From NCBI GenBank assembly GCA_034408725.1, contig JAWXCN010000146.1:1-20725 (forward strand): DNA of 20,725 bases, in the 5' to 3' direction. The position numbers were made by a program, and so were the translations under genes. This DNA is from Candidatus Hydrogenedentota bacterium (GTDB lineage Bacteria; Hydrogenedentota; Hydrogenedentia; Hydrogenedentales; SLHB01). Positions 9,258 through 16,442 of this stretch are shown here, piece after piece (positions within the stretch are counted from its first letter, which is position 1; every line of letters begins with the position of its first letter). The notes under the pieces were generated by a model. The model was not told the DNA's origin, made no database searches, and saw nothing but the letters and a program-made list of their open reading frames with translations.

Positions 9258-10490
9258 CTACGGCGCGGCCGCTTCCACAGAAGCAAACGCGCGCATGCGA
9301 TGCTCAACCATTTGACCGGAACCCGTCACCCGGAATGTCACGTGCTCGTTTTTCATGCCGGAAGCCGCATCCGGTTTTACGTTTAATTGAAGTAGTGTTT
9401 CGGTTGTGTTCTCGCCCGCTGAGACCGCGACTTCCAGATCAGCGCCAGTGACCGCAACCTCGGTTATTTCAACCGGGAACTGCGATATTATCGTCGCGGC
9501 CGCGATGTTTTGTTGTCCTGGTTTCACTGGTTCTCGCGCGCCAAGGTTGAGCGGAGAAACATTGTAAAACGAAAGTACGCTGCCCTCGAGCGTGGCCTCG
9601 AACGTTGGAACTCTTGGCGCGGTCGACAATATCGTAAACACTTCATAGATGGGCCCGGCCGGAGCTTCCGGCGAGACCCGCGCAACAATCTCCCACTCCG
9701 CGCGCCCAGCCGTTTTCCACTGCTCCTCCGGGCGTTCAAGCACTTCCATCGTGATAAACTTCGTCATGCCCTTGGTATTCGATGGGGTGTTAGCGGCCGT
9801 AGACAAGTTGACGCCCGTGATGTCGAGCGGTTCGTCCGTTGCCTGGCGAATGATTGTGCGGGTTTCCCCGTCCGAACCTTTCGGTATTCGCCCGAAATCC
9901 ATGTCACCGTTGCCCGGTTCAATGGTATATTCGGGGTCCACCCTGGATTTCACGAGCAATGACGCCTTGGGCGTCACCGGATCGTTCGAGTGAAGCGTCA
10001 GCACTTTGTCGGCAAAAAATCCTTTGACAAGCGCCGGATCCACGCTAATGATTAAGTCTACTTGTCCGCCTGGCGGCACTATTGTTACGAGCGAGCCATC
10101 CGCGCGGGTGACAGAGTTCTCAAAATCACCCAGGGTGCATCCGCAAGTTGTCGCTATCTGGCCAATCTCAAGTGGACTGTCCCCCGTATTTTTCACGGGC
10201 GTTCGCGCAAACGATTTTTCTGTTCGCGGTATGATCCCCATGTCAATGTTCTCTACCGTGAATTCGATCTTCGGGCGTTTTGATATGTCGACCACAGTGC
10301 TTTTGACGATGCCCGCGGTCTCCGCCGAGCCATGACCGGCAGCGCGAATCTGTTCCACTTCCTGCAAAAATTGGTCCGTCGTTTCGGCGGCCCCCTCGCC
10401 GGGTTTGAAGGAGCGCAAAATTATCAAGGCAATAATTGCCGTCATTAGTGCAAGAAGAAGGACCACGACGTGAGATGAACGTATTTTCAT
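9258..10490 (-). CDS. DUF1573 domain-containing, N-terminally anchored exported protein with tandem Ig-like beta domains
   Basis: 410 aa with an N-terminal hydrophobic helix. KNTGDSPLEIGQIATTCGCT and LHSNDP are typical of DUF1573 proteins. Beta-rich repeat-like segments follow (IDMGII, MDFGRI, LNLGA). Confidence 0.75.
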   Translation of the reverse strand: MKIRSSHVVVLLLALMTAIIALIILRSFKPGEGAAETTDQFLQEVEQIRAAGHGSAETAGIVKSTVVDISKRPKIEFTVENIDMGIIPRTEKSFARTPVKNTGDSPLEIGQIATTCGCTLGDFENSVTRADGSLVTIVPPGGQVDLIISVDPALVKGFFADKVLTLHSNDPVTPKASLLVKSRVDPEYTIEPGNGDMDFGRIPKGSDGETRTIIRQATDEPLDITGVNLSTAANTPSNTKGMTKFITMEVLERPEEQWKTAGRAEWEIVARVSPEAPAGPIYEVFTILSTAPRVPTFEATLEGSVLSFYNVSPLNLGAREPVKPGQQNIAAATIISQFPVEITEVAVTGADLEVAVSAGENTTETLLQLNVKPDAASGMKNEHVTFRVTGSGQMVEHRMRAFASVEAAAP

Positions 10491-10496
10491 AATTAC

Positions 10497-11507
10497 CTAC
10501 TCGGCTGTAAATCGAACTGCATGCCGCTTTTCGGCGGCGCATAACGAGCGGGATAGATTCTCATAGATATCGGGCTTAATTTCAAGACACTGCTCCATTC
10601 CCATCAGTAGTGCGCCTACTACAGGCTCATAAACAGGCATCACCGTTTGCGCGTGGGGACTGCGCGCAAGAATTCCCGCGCGCATCGCGTCTATCAAGAC
10701 GGGGCTGCTCCCCTTGAACACGCTTCCCGCCATGACCACGTCGAATGCCTCGCCGTTCATACCGAGCCGCGAAGCCGCCGCGTTCACCATCGACGCCAGG
10801 TAGACTCCGCCCCGCTCCAGGATTTCACGGGCCGCCGCGTCGCCTTCACGCGCCGCGTCAAACACTAGCGCCGCCATCGGCTGCAGATCCGCGTGCGTCA
10901 GTTCGCGCCGGTATAATTTGAGAAACAGGTCGTCGGCGTTTCCACATTGCGCGCGCTCCAGAAATTTCCCGGTTAGCCGCGTCGGTGGGATAATGCCATC
11001 GCGAGCCTGCCACACCCGCCGAAGGCCGTCCTCACCAAGCTGTGTGCCGGAACACTCGTCTCCGAACTCGCCGCCAAGTCCACCCACTCGGGCATGTTCG
11101 CCTGCCCGGTTCTTTCCAGCGCAAACGCAGCCCGTGCCGCAGGCGATTACGATGCCGAACGGCGATCTGGTCCCGCCACGCAATCCCGCCATCGAATCGT
11201 TCTGGAAGTCCCGCGGAGTTACGCCAAACAACGGCGTAAATACCTCCCGTTCGAGCATGGCATAGTCGTCGGGTATGTCAGCCCCGGCGATGCCCATGCC
11301 AATCGCTTCGATCCCAGTCAGCAATTGGCCAGACTCATCGAGCGCAACTTGCACCGCTCTCCGGATTTCTTCCCGCGCCGCGGGAATCCCGTGGACTTCG
11401 TAATTGCCGGCGCCTGCCTGTCCGAAACCAAGGACATTTCCACGTTCATCGCCAATCAGGCAGTGCGTTTTCGTGCCACCCGCGTCAAGACCCAAAAAAT
11501 ACCGCAT
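10497..11507 (-). CDS. BadF/BadG/BcrA/BcrD-type (ASKHA) sugar kinase, N-acetylglucosamine kinase-like
   Basis: 336 aa. Motifs LGLDAGGTKT, GIAGAD, QND, IACGTG, GG.G..FGDE.SG, AAREGDAAA and AGSVF. SD AGGAG lies 4 nt before the ATG. Confidence 0.88.
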   Translation of the reverse strand: MRYFLGLDAGGTKTHCLIGDERGNVLGFGQAGAGNYEVHGIPAAREEIRRAVQVALDESGQLLTGIEAIGMGIAGADIPDDYAMLEREVFTPLFGVTPRDFQNDSMAGLRGGTRSPFGIVIACGTGCVCAGKNRAGEHARVGGLGGEFGDECSGTQLGEDGLRRVWQARDGIIPPTRLTGKFLERAQCGNADDLFLKLYRRELTHADLQPMAALVFDAAREGDAAAREILERGGVYLASMVNAAASRLGMNGEAFDVVMAGSVFKGSSPVLIDAMRAGILARSPHAQTVMPVYEPVVGALLMGMEQCLEIKPDIYENLSRSLCAAEKRHAVRFTAE

Positions 11508-11524
11508 CGGACTCCTACCGGTGG

Positions 11525-11567
11525 AAAAGAAACACGGCGCGCTGAACGCCTTCGTTCAGCGCGCCGT
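11525..11567 (-). terminator. Rho-independent terminator downstream of pal-cpoB
   Basis: Perfect 15-bp inverted repeat ACGGCGCGCTGAACG (11534-11548) / CGTTCAGCGCGCCGT (11553-11567) with a 4-nt loop. It is followed on the - strand by GTTTCTTTT and lies 22 nt after the cpoB stop. Confidence 0.8.
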
Positions 11568-11589
11568 TAAAATCATATCGACAGGACCG

Positions 11590-12468
11590 CTAGCCCTGCA
11601 ACTCCTTCAACTTCCCGCGCGCCTGCTCGGCGGCCGCGTCAGTCCCATAGCGTTGATCCGTGGACAGGTCCTTCAGCAAATCAATCGCGCGCTGCTGCTG
11701 ACCCATGCGCAAATAACAGTCAGCCTGGTAAAACATCGCCGGCGGAACTTTCTTGCTAAGCGGAAAACTCTGACGCATGGTGTCGTATTCGCGTACCGCC
11801 TGCTCCCACTGGCCCATCTTCCGGAGGCATTCCGCCTTCCAATATTGCGCATTCCCGGCGTTCTCCGCCGTGGGATACCGCTGCAAATATTGAGAATACT
11901 GGGTCAAGGCTTCCTCGTAGTTATCATTCATATAACTTTCGGAAGCTTTCTTGTAATCCGCCGCGGCGTTGCTCAATTCGGCCGCACTCGGTTCAACCGG
12001 TGTTGCCACGGGCTGCGCCACCGATTCACTTGCGGCGGGCGGACCCGGCGGTGGTGGCGGCGGGACTTCACCAGGAATCGGCGTCGTGGGCGGAGGACCG
12101 GGAGGCAGTTCCACGCTGCTGTCATCGATATGCACGCCGCTCGATGGCGGGGACAAACCGAAGTGCCGGTACACCACCTGCGATAACTTATCCAGGTTCC
12201 GTTGCACAATCGTCAACTTCGCCTGATTCTCTTCCATCATGCTCTGAAGTTGGCGTGTGGTCTGATCACTTGCATCAACCTTGACCGAGAGATCCGCGGC
12301 AGTCTGATTCAGTTTCTCGACGCGCGCAGACATGTCGGTTTCAAGATTTTTTACGATGCGGTGTGTCGCGTACACCGAGGACGCCATCTGATCGCCACCA
12401 CTCGTGGTCGTACATCCCGCCCCTAGCAACACAGCCGCTGCCAACAGCGCAAGACCAGTTCCGCGCAT
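11590..12468 (-). CDS. cpoB: Cell division coordinator CpoB/YbgF-like (Tol-Pal associated) lipoprotein
   Basis: Directly downstream of pal (14-nt gap). Lipobox LGAG-C19, coiled coil, Pro-rich linker and C-terminal TPRs (YLQRYP..ENAGNAQYWKAE, FPLSKKVPPAMF). Confidence 0.85.
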   Translation of the reverse strand: MRGTGLALLAAAVLLGAGCTTTSGGDQMASSVYATHRIVKNLETDMSARVEKLNQTAADLSVKVDASDQTTRQLQSMMEENQAKLTIVQRNLDKLSQVVYRHFGLSPPSSGVHIDDSSVELPPGPPPTTPIPGEVPPPPPPGPPAASESVAQPVATPVEPSAAELSNAAADYKKASESYMNDNYEEALTQYSQYLQRYPTAENAGNAQYWKAECLRKMGQWEQAVREYDTMRQSFPLSKKVPPAMFYQADCYLRMGQQQRAIDLLKDLSTDQRYGTDAAAEQARGKLKELQG

Positions 12469-12482
12469 AACGTGCGACCCCC

Positions 12483-13022
12483 TTATCGGTTGGCAGCTTG
12501 GTTGAACTCACAACGGCGATTCAATGCCCAAGCGGATTCGGAAGAACCGGAGTCCGAGGGAACTTCTTCACCATAACTGATTGTAATGATACGATCACCG
12601 CTGACGCCCAACTGAATTAGATACTCGCGGGACGCAAGCGCGCGTTTTTCGCCCAGGGCAAGATTATATTCCTGCGTGCCGCGTTCGTCGCAATGCCCTT
12701 CAATCTGAATGTACGCGCCAGCAAGGGCAGTTCCGAACACTTCCGCGTTCGTCTTCAGCGTCGAAAGCGCGTCAGGGCGAAGCGCATAGCTGTTGTAATC
12801 GAAATATACGGGCTTAACGCCCGCCGACACGAAATTCAGCCCTTCCTGGTCAACGCCCGGAAGTCCAGTGCCAGTCGTAATTTCCGTGGTCGATCCCGCG
12901 CCGCTACTCAACGCGGGTTGAATCGGCTGTACTTGGTTCTTCTTGCGCGAGCAACCGGATGACACGGTCAGCGTCATCGCAACGCAGATTGCAATAAAAA
13001 GTCCATTCCGCAGGTACAACAT
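12483..13022 (-). CDS. pal: Peptidoglycan-associated lipoprotein Pal (OmpA-like domain)
   Basis: Motifs VYFDYNS, IEGHCDERGTQEYNLALGEKRA, ISYGEE and NRR; lipobox VSSG-C24. Start reassigned from 13085 to ATG 13022 because of the strong SD AAGGAGGAGG just upstream and a normal-length signal peptide. Confidence 0.93.
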   Translation of the reverse strand: MLYLRNGLFIAICVAMTLTVSSGCSRKKNQVQPIQPALSSGAGSTTEITTGTGLPGVDQEGLNFVSAGVKPVYFDYNSYALRPDALSTLKTNAEVFGTALAGAYIQIEGHCDERGTQEYNLALGEKRALASREYLIQLGVSGDRIITISYGEEVPSDSGSSESAWALNRRCEFNQAANR

Positions 13023-13080
13023 GAAAGTGAATCCTCCTCCTTTTTCCACCAAGATGCATAGTTCACATACAGTTGAACAA

Positions 13081-13110
13081 AGCATACCAAGGTCATCTAT
13101 TCCAGTTCAA
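13081..13110 (-). promoter_or_regulatory. Candidate sigma70 promoter of pal-cpoB
   Basis: The - strand reads TTGAAC-18 nt-TATGCT with an extended -10 (TG-G-TATGCT) and an A/T tract just upstream of the -35. It lies about 60 nt before the pal start. Confidence 0.5.
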
Positions 13111-13306
13111 AAAACTTATATTCCACCCATAAAATGTCTCGATGGGTGTGAAAGTTGCACGTAAATAACGTTAAGCCGGAAAAACTAGCTAATTAACCGC
13201 CCATATTGTACACGATAACCGACCCATATACAAAATATGGTTTACCACGAAAAAATGCCTTTCTTATGCCGATAAACAAAAATTCGTTACAACTAACTGG
13301 TCCGAT

Positions 13307-14533
13307 TCAACTTATACGCAAATGGCACCGAATGCTGTCTACTGCACGTTCTATGTCTTCCGCGTGACCAAATGAAGACAGACGGAAATATCCATCGCCG
13401 TTCGGTCCGAACCCCGATCCCGGCGTACCAACGACATGCGCTTCAGACATCATTTTGTCGAAGAAATCCCATGATTTCATTCCCTGCGGAGTCTGGACCC
13501 AGACATAAGGCGCATTAATCCCGCCAAAAACCGTGAGTCCCATTGCCTCAAGCCCGGTCTTGATGACCTTTGCATTTTTCATGTAATACGCAACCATGCG
13601 CGCGGATTCCCGTTGGCCTTCATCGGAAAGAACGGCAACACCGCCTTCCTGCACAATATTCGATGCGCCGTTGAACATCGTCGTCTGCCGCCGGTTCCAC
13701 AGCCGGTGAATTTTCCCCGCTTCCCCGTCTTCGCACACGAGGCGTTTGGGTACGATGGTCCATCCGAGCCGGACCCCGGTGAATCCCGCTTCCTTCGAGA
13801 AACTACTGAGTTCGATTGCGCATTCCTGTGCGCCTTCGATCTCAAAAATACTGCGCGGCAGTTCTGAATCCGAGATATATGCGGCATACGCGGAATCAAA
13901 AATAATCACGGCCTTGTTTTGTCGCGCGTAGTCCACAAAGGTCTTGAGCTGCGCCCTGGTCGCTACCGCGCCCGTCGGGTTGTTCGGACTGCAAATGTAG
14001 ATGAGATCAACCTTGCCTTGCGGCACGTCCGGGAAAAAACCGTTTGCCGCGGTGCAGGGCATGTAGACCAAACCGTCAAAGCCGCTGCCGTTCCACGCCC
14101 CCGTCCGGCCCGCAATCACGTTGCTGTCCACATACACGGGATACGCGGGGTCTTGCACCGCAACGATGTTGTTTGCCCCGAAAATGCTTTGAATATTCGC
14201 GGAGTCGGGTTTGGCGCCATCGCTGACGAATACCTCGTCGTCTTCCAGTTCTACACCCATGGACGCATACCGCTTCGCAAGGGCCGCGCGAAGGCCGGCA
14301 TTGCCCTGCTCCGCGCCGTATCCCGTGTACGTCTTCACGTCCGCGAGTTTATCCACGCCGCGATGCAATCCCCCAATAACGGACGGCGTCAACGGCTCCG
14401 TGGTATCACCAATACCCAGGCGCATCACAGAGACGCCGGGATTCGCAGCAAGAAATGCGCGGGTGCGTTTTGCGATTTCTGGAAACAGGTATCCCGCCTG
14501 AAGTTTGTCGTAATTCGGGTTCGTGGTAGCCAT
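13307..14533 (-). CDS. dapL: LL-diaminopimelate aminotransferase
   Basis: Motifs GYLFPEI, LGIGDTT, VSDGAK, DPAYPVY, CSPNNPTG, DSAY, SFSKEAGFTGVRLGW and NAPYVW. Start set at MATTNPNY (14533, preceded by AAAGGA) rather than 14596. Confidence 0.95.
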   Translation of the reverse strand: MATTNPNYDKLQAGYLFPEIAKRTRAFLAANPGVSVMRLGIGDTTEPLTPSVIGGLHRGVDKLADVKTYTGYGAEQGNAGLRAALAKRYASMGVELEDDEVFVSDGAKPDSANIQSIFGANNIVAVQDPAYPVYVDSNVIAGRTGAWNGSGFDGLVYMPCTAANGFFPDVPQGKVDLIYICSPNNPTGAVATRAQLKTFVDYARQNKAVIIFDSAYAAYISDSELPRSIFEIEGAQECAIELSSFSKEAGFTGVRLGWTIVPKRLVCEDGEAGKIHRLWNRRQTTMFNGASNIVQEGGVAVLSDEGQRESARMVAYYMKNAKVIKTGLEAMGLTVFGGINAPYVWVQTPQGMKSWDFFDKMMSEAHVVGTPGSGFGPNGDGYFRLSSFGHAEDIERAVDSIRCHLRIS

Positions 14534-14602
14534 GAAAATGATTTGTCCTTTCGCAAAGGGGTCGAAGAAAGGCGGGATGATAGCGAAACGTGGCACGGAA
14601 CG

Positions 14603-15733
14603 CTACCGCTTGCCGGTGTGATCCAGAATAAGCGTCGAAATCGCGTCGTCAACGGCTTTCTCCGCCTTCTTGCCGCCCTGGTTGCACGCGGCCATCACCG
14701 CGAAACCTTTGAGCGGCGCCATCCACACGGCGCTGAACCACATTGTATTGGTTCCGTTGTGCGTCAGCGTTTTGCCGCCCGCCCATTCCCGTTCCGTGAT
14801 ACCCCAGCCCATTGCGTACGCGGGCTTCAATGCGTTCGCGGGTGTATGCAGCGTGCGGAAGGAATCCGCAGTGAGTAAACGCAGTTTGCCGGCCTCAGCG
14901 TCCAAATGCAGTTTTACGAAACGCGCCCAATCTTCCATCGAACAATGCACCGTGCCCGCGGGCGCCATCGATGGCGGGTTGTCCGCGTCGCGGCCCGGTT
15001 CCACCGTGTCCCCATCCTCCGTGTGCCCCCGCGGTTGATCGAGCTTCTCCGTGGAACCCGGCGCGCCGAAGCCCGCCGTCGTCATTCCCAGCGGTTCAAA
15101 CAATAGCTCGCGCATCAGTGTTTCCCAGTCCTTGCCGGTAGCCTGCTCGGCCATTGCCCCCGCAATCGCATAACCGGAATTCGAGTAAATGTATCGCGTA
15201 CCTGGCTCGCCCTTGGGCGGATGAGCAAACACCCCTTGTACAAGCGCAATTCGCTGTTCGCGCGGCGAGCCTTCATGAAACCAGAGCTTGTTCCAAAGTC
15301 CGTAGTCGTGGAGATCGTGCGGGGCTCCCGCGCTGTGCGTCAGCAGTTGAGTCAAAGTCACCCGAATCCATCCTGGTTTAGAATCTTCCCAAATGTCCGC
15401 GAAGGATTCCGATGGCCTCGAATCCCAGGACAGTTTGTCTGCTTCGACCAATCGCGCAATCACCGTCGCAGTCATTGCTTTGGTACACGATCCCAGGTGC
15501 ATCTTGTCGCCTACGCCAATGAGGGCTGGAGAACCTTTGCGCCGTACTCCCGCCGCTCCAATCGCCACGAGGCCATGAGTGTCAACTATCGCAGCCGTCA
15601 AACCCGGCATGCCGCTTTGCACGACAATGGTGCGGAGTTCAGCGGAAACGTCGCGCGGTTTGCGCTCGTCGGCGGAGACATTGGGCGGTATGAAAAAAAG
15701 AACGGAGAGAAACGCGGTGATGGTCCGGGTCAT
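14603..15733 (-). CDS. Secreted serine hydrolase, beta-lactamase class C / PBP-like family
   Basis: Signal-peptide-like N-terminus. Catalytic motifs SxxK (GSCTK), YxN (YSN) and HxG (HNG), plus LLTHSAG and LFEPLGM. The start overlaps the phoU stop (ATGA). Confidence 0.9.
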   Translation of the reverse strand: MTRTITAFLSVLFFIPPNVSADERKPRDVSAELRTIVVQSGMPGLTAAIVDTHGLVAIGAAGVRRKGSPALIGVGDKMHLGSCTKAMTATVIARLVEADKLSWDSRPSESFADIWEDSKPGWIRVTLTQLLTHSAGAPHDLHDYGLWNKLWFHEGSPREQRIALVQGVFAHPPKGEPGTRYIYSNSGYAIAGAMAEQATGKDWETLMRELLFEPLGMTTAGFGAPGSTEKLDQPRGHTEDGDTVEPGRDADNPPSMAPAGTVHCSMEDWARFVKLHLDAEAGKLRLLTADSFRTLHTPANALKPAYAMGWGITEREWAGGKTLTHNGTNTMWFSAVWMAPLKGFAVMAACNQGGKKAEKAVDDAISTLILDHTGKR

Positions 15734-16419
15734 GCCTCGCCCGATTGGATTTGCGACAGGAATTGTTCCGTCTTGTGCCGGACAATGTCGCCCTTCACGT
15801 AGTAAATCACTTCTTCGGCCACGTGGGAAGCCATGTCAGCGATACGCTCGACCAACCGCGAGATGCTCAATAGGTGAATTAGCGCTTCAAGATGCTCGGG
15901 ATGGTTCCGGATACCGTCCTTCACCTGGCCGTACATGTCCCGGTTGATCGAGTCGACTTCATCGTCGGCCGCGATGACCTGATACGCCAGGTTTTCATCC
16001 TGATTGACGAGCGCGTCCAGAGCCTTGCGCAGCATTGTGCGCGCCATTTCGGACATGCCGGTGAAATCAAACGGAATGTCCACGTGCTCTTCGGCGCTAA
16101 GAAACAGCGCGCGCTCGGCGATATTCACCGCGCAATCGCCGATGTGTTCCAGCGTCCCGTTTATCTTGATCACGGCAATGATGAAGCGTAAGTCATGGGC
16201 CACCGGTTGGTGCAGCGCGAGGATTTTCTGGCACTCTTCCTCGATGTCCACGTCGAGCTCATCAATGCGCCCGTCGTTCTCGATCACTTGCCGGGCGAGG
16301 TTCGAGTCGCGGTCGCGCACCGACCGCACCGCAATTGCAACACTTTCTTCAACGAACGCGCTCAACGACAGCAACTGCTTTTTCAACCGATCTATTTCGC
16401 GTAAAAGATGTGCGGACAC
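15730..16419 (-). CDS. phoU: Phosphate signalling complex protein PhoU
   Basis: Motifs ILALHQPVAHDLR, LEHIGD, DDEVD and VERIAD; follows pstB. Confidence 0.96.
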   Translation of the reverse strand: MSAHLLREIDRLKKQLLSLSAFVEESVAIAVRSVRDRDSNLARQVIENDGRIDELDVDIEEECQKILALHQPVAHDLRFIIAVIKINGTLEHIGDCAVNIAERALFLSAEEHVDIPFDFTGMSEMARTMLRKALDALVNQDENLAYQVIAADDEVDSINRDMYGQVKDGIRNHPEHLEALIHLLSISRLVERIADMASHVAEEVIYYVKGDIVRHKTEQFLSQIQSGEA

Positions 16420-16442
16420 TGCTCAACGCCCTCGCCGGTACA

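Noticed and set aside
11404-12186. 260-aa + strand ORF
   Set aside because: It is antisense to cpoB and the kinase, crosses the terminator and has no recognisable domain.
13023-13085. N-terminal extension of Pal in the ORF track
   Set aside because: It contains the SD (translated as KGGG) and overlaps the promoter candidate; the true start is most likely 13022.
13265-13292. Weak dif-like (XerC/XerD) appearance; also checked for oriC in the AT-rich gap
   Set aside because: The XerD arm matches TTATGTTAAAT at only about 6 of 11 positions, and no DnaA boxes were seen.
14534-14602. Lysine riboswitch upstream of dapL, or N-terminal extension of DapL
   Set aside because: The 69-nt gap is too short for a lysine riboswitch, and DapL homology begins at MATTNPNY.
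13919-14878. 319-aa + strand ORF
   Set aside because: It is antisense to dapL and the hydrolase, Arg/His-rich with no motifs; a typical high-GC shadow ORF.
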